Source: the human T2T-CHM13v2.0 reference genome, Homo sapiens. From it: DNA of 64,000 bases. The translations under genes and the position numbers were made by a program. The notes under the pieces are model-generated. The model saw nothing but the letters and a program-made list of their open reading frames with translations. It made no database searches and had not been told where the DNA came from. Position 1 is the stretch's first letter; every line of letters begins with the position of its first letter. The stretch lies in NCBI RefSeq assembly GCF_009914755.1, contig NC_060947.1; one strand, given 5' to 3'. This document shows positions 46,447 through 61,797 of the stretch, one piece after another.

Positions 46447-46812
46447 CTTTTTGTTGTTGAGTTGCAACTGTTCTTTATGTATTCTGAATACAAATCCCCT
46501 ATAAGATGTATGATTGGGAAGTGTTTTATCTCATTCTGTGGATTGTTTTTTCAGTTTCTTCTTGGCTTTCTTTAAAACAAAAAAGTTTTTAATTTTAATG
46601 AAGCCAAATTTATCTTATTTTTTTCTTTAGTTGCTTGCACTTGGTGTCTAAGAAGGCTTTGTCTAAGACAAGGTCTTTGTGATTTATATCTATGGTTTTG
46701 TTTTAATAATTTTATATTTTTAGCACTTACATTTAGGTTTATGATCCATGTTGAGATTGTGTTTGTGCATAGTGTGAGGTTGGGGTCCAACTTCATTCTG
46801 TTGTACGTATCA

Positions 46813-47384
46813 TGAGTTGTCAGGTATCAAGGCGATCAATTAGGACAAAAAACCAAACTGAAAGTAACAATCAAGCCTTAATTCACTTGCTAACATACAG
46901 TAGCATGGAAGCAGGTGCCAGATCCCCCAGTATTCCATTTGTTTCCCAGAGAAGGGCATAGGGTGAAGACTAAGTATATCAGCACAGGTAAGGAATCATC
47001 TCTTTACTGAGTAATTCCCCCCAAAAAAGGGCTCCTGCTGTTTTATGGACCTAAGGCAAGGGCTTATCCTGAAAAACTACTACATACTAGAGATAATTGC
47101 CTTCAAGGTCCTTGATGAGGAAGTCTCTGTGTTGAGACACCTGGGACATAAAGATATGTGTAAGAGCATGAACAGTGAGGGTGGTGGGTGGTGGGAGTGG
47201 GAGTGGGAGCTAGGTCCTGGACGGCAACTCCCTCCAGAGCTTGAAATGCACTGGCTTTGTATCAAGTCTGGTGTGGGGAAGGCAACTTTCCCCTATGAAG
47301 CTTGCCAGACAAAGACTTTGTAATTGCTTATGTTCTGTCCTGAAAGATCACATAAAAGTCTGGCCTGCAGCCAAACTCCTCAGC
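46813..47384. mobile_element. Unclassified LTR-like insertion in L1
   Basis: A GC-richer ~570-bp block interrupts otherwise contiguous L1 ORF2 (CTTCATTCTGTTG | CATGTGGATATCCAGTTGTCCC); TG...CA ends. Confidence 0.5.
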
Positions 47385-47730
47385 ATGTGGATATCCAGTT
47401 GTCCCAGATCTGTTTGTTAAAGAGACTATCTCTTCCTCATTGAATTGTCTTAGTATCCTTGGTAAAATCAACAAAGATTTATTTATGGATTCTCAATTAT
47501 GTTCCATTGGTCTATATGTCAGTCCTATGCTATTACTACACTGTTGTGCTTGCTGCAGCTGTGTAATATCTCTTGAAATCAGAAAGTTTGAGTTCTCCAA
47601 ATGTATTATTTTTTAAGATTATTTTATCTATTTTGGATACCTTGCATTTCCATATGTATTTTAAGATAAGCTTGTCAATTCTTAATTGCCTTCTTAACTA
47701 TAAAACATTTTTTATCAGAATACTTTATTA

Positions 47731-48117
<387 letters not shown>

Positions 48118-48469
48118 TTACGTGGAATACCTCATTTATTATTTTTCTTGTTAAAGAGTAGATTTATTATTAAAGGCTTAATAGAAATCAGGGAGATCTT
48201 GGATTAACTACAAAAACATGTATAGACATATCACCTTATTTATTTGGAATGTTTTGTAGTACGGATGGAGTGTAAAGCAATCTGCAGAAATATTTAGAGA
48301 ATGGAGGTTATTTGGTAGAAAGAAGAGAAACCACAAGGAAGGGTGTTAATGAAATATAACAATTATTATTGAAAAGCAGCAGCAATATTTAATGAAAAAT
48401 AATTACCAATTTAGAATAAACCTCATGGTTGGTATCTTTAGTCTCTGAACTCTCGATAAAAGGAGAAAG

Positions 48470-48600
48470 CCATTATACCATTTTACAGAGATGGGAATTG
48501 GAGCTCAGGCATTGGAAGTGATTTACCACAAGTCACACAGTAAATCAGAAACAGCTCTTGATCTTGTCTTCCCTCATCATATGTAATGCTCTTTTCTCTG
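48470..48600 (-). mobile_element. MIR
   Basis: CCATTTTACAGAGATGGGAA..GCTCAG..AAGTGATTT..AAGTCACACAG. Confidence 0.6.
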
Positions 48601-48744
48601 AACTAGATGTATTCTGTGGATATAAATTATCATTTTACTCAATATGAGGACTTGCCTTTCAGTTTAGAAACAAAATGACATGAGATTTCTTAATTCTATC
48701 ATATTTGTGGAATTAACCACTTTATGCTGCACACCCAGCTCTTC

Positions 48745-48786
48745 ACATACACTCACACACATACTTTATACACACACACATATATA

Positions 48787-48828
<42 letters not shown>

Positions 48829-48895
48829 GTCTAGTCCTTAAAGCATGTATGTGTGTGCGTGCGTGTGTGTGTGTGTGTGTGTGTGTGTATACACA
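48745..48895. repeat. Compound (CA)/(TA)/(TG) microsatellite
   Basis: Read directly; includes a 34-bp perfect palindrome at 48767-48800. Confidence 0.95.
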
Positions 48896-50009
48896 AAGGC
48901 TTGAAAGATTAGTCAATCACTTTGAAGAACTTAACATCCAGCTGCTTAGATCTCCATACATATTTGAGGCAATATGAGAGCAAAGTAGCAAATAAACAAA
49001 AGAAAGTTAATGACCTTCATAACTATCACCATTATCATAATGGTGATGTCATTGGACTTGGCTGTGAAAAGCTTTCTATTGGGTAACAGGAGTCTAAAGC
49101 CAAGTCTTAAATTCATTGATATATTTAGTTTGCTAGATATACTATGCAACATGAGATTGGAGGCTACGTTACAGAAGGGTCATGCCCTATTTATTCCAGA
49201 ATTCTCAGTGACTATTAAATTGCTATGTACTGAATGTGTGCTCAATAATATTAGTTAACTTCAATTAGGGGGGAAAGCATCCACACAGGGAGAACAGCAT
49301 GTCTAAAATGTTAAGGTTGTCATGGAGAAGAGCGTTGCAAGGATTTGGAATACTGGACAATACTAGGTGACTTTTGATAGTACATTCTCACTCTACGTTT
49401 CACTGATGTTGTGGAAAATTGTACATTTTTTCCATGGTATCTTTTTCTAACACACATTAGCAGTTTACTTCTCAAATTGTTTCGAAGTGATGCTTGGATC
49501 AGATCTCAGATATAAATCTCTCTAGGAATAAGCTAAAAATTTTCCTGGGTGGGAAGATCCCTCCCTATTAATTGCCTGTTAGTAACAGCTGCAAAGAACA
49601 GCAAGAGAATTATGCTTAATCTCTAAAATGAACATAGGTCAAAAACAAAATTTTTTCTATTCAAGAATTTAGAATGACATATGATGTGTTCATTTCTACC
49701 TCATGGTATAGAATAACATCCATGCAGAGACAAAAAGGCTTTATAAACTCTCCTATGTTGGCTTTAGCCAGCCATATTACAAGTATATGCTATTGGCCAC
49801 AAGGTGGTTATTATGAGAAGGTATGGTGACTTGGGATAAATTCTGTCCCATAACCGACTCAACTTTCTTGCCTGCTCGATGTTCATTCAGATATGTCATC
49901 TATGTGTGAAATAAAGTTTTCATCTTGAACTATGTGAAATGACAACACTATAGCAGTCATGACACTTAAGAATTAATTTTATCTTGAACAATAGAGAGTA
50001 TTAGTATAA

Positions 50010-50343
50010 GAGAGGTTACAAACTGGCGATCCTTGGGCTGATTTTGGCATGCACACACATACATTGCTTTAGCAAGAGTGTGTAGACCTCCACATGGCTG
50101 AAAAATTGGAAAAGTCTAGACATTTTACCTAAAAATCTAAATTTATGATTTCCTTTGAACATGGAAGATCTTGCCACATTGGTCTCACGTTCATGCTGGC
50201 AATAGTAAGCTAGAGTTAAGAAGCACCTAGGGCAGGAACTCTAAAACTTACCACAACTTCCACAAATCCTAAGTTTTAAACACCCAGTCACTTCACATAT
50301 TTATGCAACAGGTTGGCCCCTGTAGGCCAGTGTTTGACACTGC
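50010..50343 (+). mobile_element. MER102-like hAT-Charlie element
   Basis: CAAACTGGCG..GGGCTGA..TAAAAATC..GAAGATCTTGCCACATTGG..TGGCCCCTGTAGGC..TTTG. Confidence 0.65.
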
Positions 50344-50719
50344 CAAAAACCTTGTTATCTGGGTAAAACAAAGCTTGAATTAGTAAAAGATTAAAATTAC
50401 AATACTTTTTAAAGAAAGGTAGCTGTTCTCTTCAAGCACATAATTTCTCATAGCATGAAACTAATTGTTGAATCATAGCTTGAATGTGTCTTACTCCCAG
50501 GGTTCTTAGAAATCATCCAGCCAAACTCCCTCATTTTAAATATGGAAAATCTGAGGTCCAACAAGGCTAAGCAATTTGCCTAAGATCTTTATTGAGAGTT
50601 TCTAAAATAACTGAGATCATAAATATTTTCATAAATATTTTAACCATTCTGCTAATTCCAGTTAATAGATATATTTTCAAACAGAACATGATTCAAATTA
50701 TTTTATATTTTAATGATCC

Positions 50720-51000
50720 ACGTCACATTATCTCTCTTCTCAGAAGTCTTCCTTGACTAGTCTAACTTACCAGGGCGTCCCATCCTATGAACTACTTAAG
50801 AATGTATAATCCGTACGTCACAGTTGGACACTTAATCATTACTTAACTTCAGTGTATGCTTGTTAATCCAATGAGGTTATGAATTCCAGAAGGGCAGGAA
50901 CAATATTGATATTCCTTTTCCCCATAATAGCATCAAGAATATAGTTGAGCACTTACTAAGTGCTTGATTAATAGTCATTGGGTTGAAAGGAATTGAATTG
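50720..51000 (+). mobile_element. L2 3' end
   Basis: CAGAAGTCTTCCTTGACT..GAAGGGCAGGAAC..AAGTGCTTGA..TTGAA. Confidence 0.5.
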
Positions 51001-51359
51001 AATAACCATGGCTATAGCTCAAATCAAGAAACCCCATTTACTTGGATGTGCATAAAATAGCCAATCCCCTTCCTCCAATAGAGCAGGCGCAATACTTTAG
51101 CTCAGATACCAAGTTCGCTTTTTATTCTTTATCCTCCAGCCGCTGGCCAGCCCTGGACTCTAAGACATCAAGATATCAAGAGATATTCCTTTGACTAGAA
51201 AAATCAAAGAAAGCTCTTTGGCAAGTAACTTAGTGGAGAGATCTGGCAGATACTATCTTAACCTAATTGTCTTTTTTTTAACATTTAGAATTCCACAGTA
51301 CTTTTACTGTACCGTTTCACAGCCTGTACCACTTTGTACCTTGTATTACAACTTTCTCT

Positions 51360-51880
51360 CTTTTTTTTAATTATACTTTAAGTTTTAGGGTACATGTACA
51401 CAATGTGCAGGTTAGTTACATACGTATACATGTGCCATGTTGGTGTGCTGCACCCATCAACTCATCATTTAACATTATGTATATCTCTTAATGCTATCCC
51501 TCCCCTCTCTCCCCACCCCACAACAGGCCCTGGTGTGTGATGTTCCCCTTCCTGTGTCCATGTGCTCTCATTGTTCAATTCCCACCTATGAGTGAGAACA
51601 TGCAGTGTTTGGTTTTTTGTCCCTGCGATAGTTTGCTGAGAATAATGGTTTCCAGCTTCATCCATGTCCCTACAAAGGACATGAACTCATCATTTTTATG
51701 GCTGCATAGTATTCCGTGGTGTACATGTGCCACATTTTCTTAATCCAGTCTATCATTGTTGGACATTTGGGTTGGTTCCAAGTCTTTGCTATTGTGAATA
51801 GTGCCACAATAAACATACGTGTGCATGCGTCTTTATAGCAGCATGATTTATAATCCTTTGGGTATATACCCAGTAATGGA
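51360..51880 (-). mobile_element. Young 5'-truncated L1PA (L1PA3-5-like)
   Basis: TTATACTTTAAGTTTTAGGGTACATG..GTTAGTTACATA..TGCGATAGTTTGCTGAGAAT; little divergence. Confidence 0.92.
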
Positions 51881-51944
51881 ATTACTTTATATTATCACTA
51901 TTAGTGGTAATTGAGTAGGACCTTACAGAATAAAAAGAGTTTAC

Positions 51945-53628
51945 ATAGACCAATGTAACAGAGTAGAGAACCCAGCTGTAAATCCATGCATTTAAAACCA
52001 ACTCATCTTCAACAAAGGACATGGATGGAGCTGGAGGTCTTTATCCTTAGCAAACTAACACAGGAACAGAAAATCAAAAACTGCACGTTCTCACTTATAA
52101 GTAGGAGTTAAATGATGCGAATACACGGACACATAGAGGGGAACAACACCAACTGGGGCCTTTTGAAGGGTGGAGGGTGGGAGGAGGGACAGAATCATGA
52201 AAAATAATTGATGGGTACTAGGCTTAATACCTGGGTGATGAAATAAACTGTACAACAAACCCCCATGACACAAGTATACCTATGTAACAAGCCTGCACAT
52301 GTATCCCTGAACTTAAAAGTTTAAAAAATTGTAAAAGTAAAAACAAAACAAAACAAAAATGGTGCCAAGAGAATACAATGGGAGGACAGTGTTTTCAATA
52401 AATTGTGCTGGGAAAATTGGATATTCATATGCAGAAGAATGAAACTACACCCCTATCTCTCACCGTACAAAAAAATCAATCAAAATGGATTAAAGACTTG
52501 AGTGTAAGCCCTGAAATTATTAAATTGTTAGAAGAAAACATTTGGAAAATTCTCTGGGACGTTGTTGCGGAAAGACTGTTTTGTGTAAGACCCCGAAAGC
52601 ATAGGCAACCAAAGCAAAAATAGACAATTGGAATTACATCAAGCCAAAAAGCTTCTGCACAACAAAGAAAATAATCAACAAAATAAAGAGACAATCCATA
52701 GAATGGGAGACGAAAATTGCAACCTATCCATCTGACAAGGGATTAATAACCAGCGTATAGAAGGAGTACAAACAAGTCAATTGCAAAAATAATAGTAATA
52801 ATAACCCACAAATAATCTGATTTAAAAATGGGCAAAGATATGAACAGTCTCCAAAGAAGACATAAAATGACGAAGAGGTATGTGAAAAGGTGTTTAACAT
52901 AATTGATCATCAGAGAAATGCAAGTGAAAACCACAATGAGATATCATCTCACCCCAGTTAAAATGGCTTGTATCAAAAAGTCAGGCAATAACAGATGCTG
53001 GCGAGGATGTGGAGAAAGGGGAACTCTTGTTACACTTGTTGGTGGGAATGTAAATGAGTACAGCCACTAAGGAGAATGGTATAGAGGTTTCTCAACAAAC
53101 TAAAAATAGGACAACCATATGGTCCAGCAATTCCACTACTGGGTGTATATTCAGAAAAAAGAAACTCAATATATCAAAGAGATACCTGCACTCCTATGTT
53201 TACTGCAGCAATATTCACAATAGACAAGATAAGGAACTTAGCTGCCCATCAACTTAAGTGCCCATCAACAGATAAGGGAAAATAAAAATGTTTATATATA
53301 GAAAATGAAATATTATCCAGCCATAAAAATAATGAAATCCTATCATTTGCAGCAACATAGATGAAACTAAAGGTCGTTATGTTACATTAAGTGACATGAG
53401 CACAGAAAAACAAATACTCACGTGAGAGCTAAAAATGTTGATCTCATGAAGATAAAGAGTAGATTGGTTGTTACCAGAGGCCAGGAAGGGGAGGATGGAG
53501 GAGGAGAAAGGAGGAAAAAAAAGAGTATAAATGCATTTATTACTAGTGAACTGTACACTTAAAAATGATAAAGATTGTAAGTTATATACGTATATTTTAC
53601 TTAAAAATATATTTAAAAAATAAAAAGA
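51945..53628 (+). mobile_element. L1MA-type 3' part with a nested older L1PA 3' end (~52019-52359)
   Basis: CATAGACCAATG.AACAGA..CAACTCATCTTCAACAAAGG | insert | GGTGCCAAG...; ORF2 C-terminus and 3'UTR with A-tail. Confidence 0.85.
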
Positions 53629-55159
53629 GTTCAATCAGGCAAAGAGGATAGTAGATGGATATCCAAATCAAAGGTAACAATGCTGAATTCACAAGTTCAA
53701 GAGAGCCTGGAAAGAGTAAATCCTCAGCATTTCTAGGAGCATCTAACTATACATACATCATTTCCTATTTGTAGTTTGTCACTTCTAGATCAGAAGTTCT
53801 GCTCTTTGTTACCCTGGAACTGCTAGACAATTCTTCATACACCATTGAAGTTTGGGAAATAACAAAAGAAATGATAATCAAACACAGGAAAATACATGTT
53901 TCTGTGTGTTTTTTGTTTGTTTTTGTTACATAAAGTATAGTTCCTCTGGCATTGCTTGGGGAGAAGGGGATGTCATTTCTGGGGATAAAGCTAGAAGAAT
54001 AATTTTTCTTTTGCTCCCCTTACCCACTCAAAATAATAAAATTTTGTTTGGAGGCCTTGGATTTAAACACTTCCCTGATGATTGCTATTTTGCCATAGCA
54101 ATTTTTTTTAATGAGAAATGAGTAACTTAATTCTCTGTATGATCTATTTTAGTATTAACTAAAAGCTTAGATGGTATATTGGTGTATTAAATCAAATTTG
54201 AGAAACTTCAGAAGATGATGACTATTACATTTGGCTTGTGATTTTCAGTTTGCTGTGGGATTGTCAACTACTCGATTTTGATACTGACAGCTCATTTCAA
54301 ATGTAAAATCATAAATACACTGTCTGTCAGTTTTGATTTCATAATTTAAAAATTAGACCTGCCCTATCATGCTGTTTTGCAATTACTCTGACAGATGTTG
54401 ACCCAACTTACTATAAAATGACCTGTTTTACTTCATTATTTCTTCATTATTTCTAGGCCTTATTCTGGCAATTTAAAGTCTATCTTAAAATTTCTTAGAC
54501 AGAGTCTCCTGTTTTCTTGTGAAGAAGTTTATTAGAATCAGTGTAGTTATTTCTGAGTTTACTTAAAACTGAGGCTGTACATATTTAGATCATTCATAAA
54601 AATAGTGTTAGAAGTGTCAAAGTATTGCTTGAAAACTTACATATTGGGGCTTAACTATTCTAGATACATGTATGGCTAATTTGCTAATGAGGTAGGAACC
54701 TCTGAGGTTTCTCTGCTACCTATTTTAGCCCTTTAGCCTAGTAGCTCAAGAGAGCAGAACATAGAGAACCATGAGTCAGAAAGCTTGTGTATAAAATAAA
54801 TGGAGAAATAGACTTCAGAGCAGAGGGGTAGCAACAGTAGCAACAGTTAGCTTGACTGGGGCCTATATGCTTTTGTCCCTTTGTCCTTCTACTCTCAAGC
54901 ATTTATCAATTACCATATTCTAGGGACTGTCACATTCTGTAGTCTAAGTAATCTCCTAGATAACTGAGATACGAAGATAAATGATATAGGCCCTTAAGGA
55001 GAGGCAGTTATGTAAAAATGATAGACAGAAATTCATTGTTACTTAAAGATTTTTATTATAGGCACAGCATGGATAAAATATTTGTGAGTGATTTAGGTTA
55101 CTTAGATGTAGTTGTCGTGGAGGTCTTCATGCATAGTGCTTAGCACATACTACCCAGTG

Positions 55160-55395
55160 GTAACAGCTAAAATATATTGAGTGTTTACTATAAGCTCATC
55201 ACATGTACAAACTTTCTTAATTCTTAAAACAACCCGATAAACTAGGTACTCTTATTGTCCTCATTTAATCGAAACCGAGGCAAAAAGAGGTTAAATAACT
55301 TGTCCATGGTCCCATAGCTAGTAAACAGTATAGTGAGGATTTGAGCCCAGGCAGTGTGGCTCCAGAGACTGTGTTCTTAATTACCATACTGCACT
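55160..55395 (-). mobile_element. MIR
   Basis: TATTGAGTGTTTACTA..GAAACCGAGGC..GAGGTTAAATAACTTGTCC..GGATTTGAGCCCAGGCAGT.TGGCTCCAGAG. Confidence 0.8.
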
Positions 55396-55599
55396 GAATC
55401 TCATTAAATTTTAGTTGATATATTTTGATTATTATCTGAAATTCTTTGCTTGAAGTGCCATTGTCAGTTGGTTGATATCAAAGTGTCATTTTTCTTTGTT
55501 TTCCACATTGATGGGAATTTTGTAATTTCTGTGCTATTATGAAATAAAGAATATTATGAGCTGTTTTACATTTTATAAGACGGTGATGATGATGACAAC

Positions 55600-55840
55600 G
55601 ATAATGATAATAATTACTATGTGCCAGGCGCTGTTAAAAATGCTTTACATTTCTTAACACATATATTCACACAACAACCCCATGAGATAGGTACAATTAT
55701 TATCCCTGTATTACACGTCAGAAAACTCAACTAAAGAAACTAACTTACTCCAGGTCATACAGCTAAAAAGCAACAAAGTAGGGATTCAAACCCAGGCCTT
55801 TTGCTTCCAAAGCCCATATGTGCATCCTTCACAGTACACA
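55600..55840 (-). mobile_element. MIR
   Basis: TTACTATGTGCCAGGCGCTG..ACAACCCCATGAGATAGGTA..GGATTCAAACCCAGG. Confidence 0.8.
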
Positions 55841-56139
55841 TTTCATGAAATTTAGACAGTTCTATCATATTATTTTTCTCTTTATGGAGGGAGGAATATG
55901 TGCCCTCCACTCATATCCCCCTGCAAAGTTACTCCTAGTTCCTCCATTCTGCTTAGGAGAGCATAGTGGCATCTAGGAGATCGAGTGTCTAGAGCATATC
56001 CACACATATATCTCTTTCAGTTCCTTTGGTATAGAAGGTGTATGAACAAAATCTTCTCTTTGGGATTGGCCTTTCCTGTCATGGTGTATGTGGGGCAGTG
56101 GGGACAGTAATAGCTCTGAAGGAAGGACATAGAAAGTGT

Positions 56140-56545
<406 letters not shown>

Positions 56546-56554
56546 AAAGATTAA

Positions 56555-57050
56555 GGATATGTTCACACAAAAACTTGTACATGAAAGTTCATAGCAGTAT
56601 TATTTATAATATTAAAGATGTTGAGAGAAGCCCAATGTCCATCACTTGATGAATGGGGAAACAAAGTGTGGTACATTCATAAAATGGGATATTAGCCATA
56701 AAATGGAACACAGTTTGATGTATGCTACATCATGAATGAACCTCAAAGACATTCTAAGTGAAAGAAGCTAGACACAAAAGGACACATGTCGTACAATTCT
56801 ATTTGTATGAAATGTCCAGAATAAGCAAAATCATAGAGACATAAAGTAGATTAGTGCCTGCCAAGGTCTGAGGACAGTGGGTAGAGAGTGACTGTTACTG
56901 TGTATGGAGTTTTTTTTGGTGGTGATGAAAGCATTCTCAATTTAGACAGTGGTGATGGTTGTAAAACCTTGTAAATATACTAAAAACTACTAAGTGATAT
57001 ACTTTTAAATAGTGAACTTGATAGTAAGTGAATTTTATCAACTGAAAAAG
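56555..57050 (+). mobile_element. L1MB 3' end
   Basis: GTTCACACAAAAACTTGTACA..GTGAAAGAAGCTAGACACAAAAG..GTGGTGATGGTTG. Confidence 0.8.
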
Positions 57051-57754
57051 CCCCTCAAGACAAAGTCAGATTTGGGCAAGGTCTGAGCAAGTGTGGCTCA
57101 GTGAAGTCTTTCTAAAAGCAAGCAGGCTGCCCTTGGAAGTAAAAGGAGGTGGTAGGAACCCAGAGATTTTTCCAGGCTGAGGCCTATTTTCCAGCTATAA
57201 AGGCCACAGCTCCTGAATATGATGCAGGTGAGTCCCAGGACTCTCGGTGGATCACTGAGAGTCATGGTGTCGCAAAGATCTCTTAGAACTCTCTAGCCAT
57301 TTTTGGGCACAGCACACAAGTCTGTCACAGTGTTGAGTGCCTCATTGAATAGTGCTTTACACAGATTAAAAAAAAAAAAACACGGTGGCAAAGCCATTCC
57401 CAGATGGCTGTTTTTTTTTTTTTATGACAATGCCTTGATGTTCAGATTCATAGTCATAACTACAGTGTGTTGCTCTTACAAGCACGGACTGAAAACTCCA
57501 TTGTTGCTCTAGAGATCTGGCTAACTCCACCCCATATACCAAGTTTTCAGAGGTAAGAGATTGATGAATATACTATATTCACATATTTAATAAAACAAAA
57601 GCCAGAAAGGACCTTGTCAAAAAACACTTGCTGGCAAATAATTCATATCACTTCTACATAGCATCCTGTTTACACTATGTATAATATTGACATTATCTAT
57701 TATAATTGTGGATACACTAATGTCAAACTTATTCTTTAACATTTAAAAGTTAGT

Positions 57755-58585
57755 GTTTCTGTCTATCAATTGATGAATGAAAAAATTATAAAATATCCAT
57801 ACAATGGAATATTTTAACAGACAAAAAAGAATGAAGTACTGATATATGCTACAAAAAGAATTAACCTGGAAAATATTATGCTTAAGTGAAAGAAGGCAGA
57901 CACAAAAGTTCACATATTATATAGTTCCATTTGTGTGAATGACAAGAATAGGCAACTCTATAGAGACAGAAAGTGTGTGTGCCAGTGTGTGAGGACAGGG
58001 GATGAATGGGGAAGTAACTCCTTAATAAGTACAGGGTTTCCTTTTGTTAAATTAAGTTTGGCCTAAAGTTGCCCCCTTACATATTTTAAGTTTGACCTAA
58101 AGGTTTCTCCATACATAGTGAACTGCAGCGTAACCAGATGTGTGAACAGACTCTAACCTAGGCTTGTGCAAATCACTGAGTTTTGGCCACTCAAAGGCAG
58201 CCACCTGTTTAAGTCTGGTTCAAATAAGGCAAACGCCAAGCTGTAACCAATCCAATTGTTTCTGTACCTTACTTCTTCTGTTTCCTGAATGTCGCTTCCC
58301 TTTTTCTGTCCATAAATTTTCCACCACGTGACTGCACTGGAGTCTCTGTGAATCTTCTGTGATTCTGGGGGCTGTTACACAGACCTTTCTTTGCTCAGTT
58401 AAACTCTGTTAAATTTAATTTGTCTAAGGTTTTTAGCACTCATGAAGTGATGAAAAGTTTCTTGAATTAGACAGTGGTGATGGCTGTGGAACTTTGTGGA
58501 TATACCAAAACCACTGAATTGTATACCTTAAAATGGTGAATATGATAGTATGTAAATTATCTCAATAAAATGTATTTAAAAAATA
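57755..58585 (+). mobile_element. L1MB 3' end, LTR-interrupted
   Basis: TATCCATACAATGGAATATT..GAATGAAGTACTGATA..AACCACTGAATTGTATAC..ATCTCAATAAA. Confidence 0.8.
58045..58438 (+). mobile_element. MER57B-like ERV1 solo LTR
   Basis: TGTTAAATTAAGTTTGGCCTAAAG..ACATATTTTAAGTT..AAACTCTGTTAAATTTAATTTGTCTAA. Confidence 0.8.
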
Positions 58586-58599
58586 CTTCCAAAAATGGT

Positions 58600-59330
58600 G
58601 AATGAAGTAAAGGAGACAGTCATACAAATAGCTCAAGAAAGAGAGTTCAAGACAGAAGAAATAGCCAGTGCAGAGACTTTGACTTAAACTCTAGTGAAAT
58701 TGGAAGTCATTGAAGATTTGAGTAGAGGGGAAACATGATCTGATTTGGGATTTTTTTAAGTATTATTCCAGATCTTGTATAGAGAAGAGAATGCAGAAAT
58801 GCAAGGTGTGAAACAGGGAGACTACTTAGGATTATTAGGATTATTGCTTTTGCAGTAATCCAGGCAAAAAATTATTATAGTTTTGACTAAAGTATTAACA
58901 GTGGAGGCAATAAGAAATGCTTAGATTTAAGAATACATTTTTAAGTTTGAGACAACAGGATTTCCTGATAAAGTCGATGTGGCGTATAAGAGAGAGTCAG
59001 TGATGACTCCCACTTTTTTGGCCCAAGCAGCTAAAAGAAGGGAGTGGCCTTTTACTGATAGGGAAAAGATTATGGTAATTATAGCCTAAGGATAGATATT
59101 TTGGACACATTACATTTAAGATGGCTTTTAGTTATTCAGTGGAAATACACCTGTATAGGATATAGGCTGTATCTCTTCTGATTGGCCAATGTCCATGCAA
59201 TACTGATCCTTAAATATTTTAATATATTCTCTGTATATGAGTCTTGTATATGAGTTCAAGGAAATCGTCTCAGCCAACTATATAATCTGAGCATTTCATC
59301 AACATATGTATGTATTTTTAAGCCATGGGT
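58600..59330 (-). mobile_element. L2 fragment
   Basis: GGAAGTCATTGAAGATTTGAGTAGAG..ACATGATCTGA..GCAGTAATCCAGGC..GAGTCAGTGATGACTCC. Confidence 0.65.
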
Positions 59331-59411
59331 CTAACTTTCTCAATACATTTACTCTTTAATGGAGAGTAAGGAACAAATAATCCTACCTCTTTGCTAAGGG
59401 GCACATGGATT

Positions 59412-60472
<1,061 letters not shown>

Positions 60473-60686
60473 CTGGCAATAAAGGAGCACTATTCTCCAG
60501 GAGCTTACAATCTGGTGGAGAAAGCTAGACAAATAAGCAGGTAATTAAATAATTAAATAGTAGGATTAAGTGGTGTGTTTAAGGAATAACAGTGTTATGA
60601 TAAAATTAAAGAGGGATATTTAACACAGTCTTTGAGAGTCAGAGGAGGCTTCCTGGAGGAAGGATATCTTAGCTGAGACCTAAAGA

Positions 60687-61062
60687 ACTAAAAATTAAAA
60701 CAATTGAATTCATGGAGATAGAGAGTAGAAGGATGGTTACCAGAGGCTGGGAAGGGTAGTGGGGGATGGGAGGAGGCAGGATGGCTAATGGGTAAAAAAA
60801 AAATAGAAATAATAAATAAGACCTAGTATTTGCTAGCACAACAGGGCGACTTTAGTCAATAATAATTTAATCTTACATTTAAAAATAACTAAAAGAATAT
60901 AATTGGATTGTTTGTAACACAAAGGATAAATACTTGAGGGGACGGATACCCAATTCTCCATGATGTGAATATTATGCATTGCATGCCTGTACCAAAACAT
61001 CTCATGTATCCCATAAATATACAAACCTACTAAGTATCCACAAAAATTAAAAAACATAAAAG
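60687..61062 (+). mobile_element. L1MA2-like 3' end
   Basis: CTAAAAATTAAAACAATTGAA..GAGAGTAGAAGGATGGTTACCAGAGG..GTAACACAAAGGATAAAT. Confidence 0.85.
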
Positions 61063-61309
61063 AATGAGTAAAATTAGAGTGCTCTGGATATGAAAGAAGA
61101 AATGAATATGTGTACAGCTGTGTGCAGTTTAGTATGATTATAGGGTGAAATAACACTACGTGTATTTAATATAGAAGTGGTTAGTGACAAGAGATAAGAC
61201 TAGTACTTGCGTGCCTTATGAAGACATTTTAACTGAACTCAATAGGCAATGGGAAGACTTAAGGCAAGGCAGGAGGTGACATGATCAGATTTCTGCTTTA
61301 GAAAAGTCA

Positions 61310-61797
<488 letters not shown>

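Noticed and set aside
53244-53272. TGCCCATCAAC repeated twice
   Set aside because: Small slippage duplication inside a dead L1.
57369-57423. A-run...AGCCAT-loop-ATGGCT...T-run resembling an intrinsic terminator
   Set aside because: Only a 6-bp non-homopolymer stem, and bacterial terminators are irrelevant in primate DNA.
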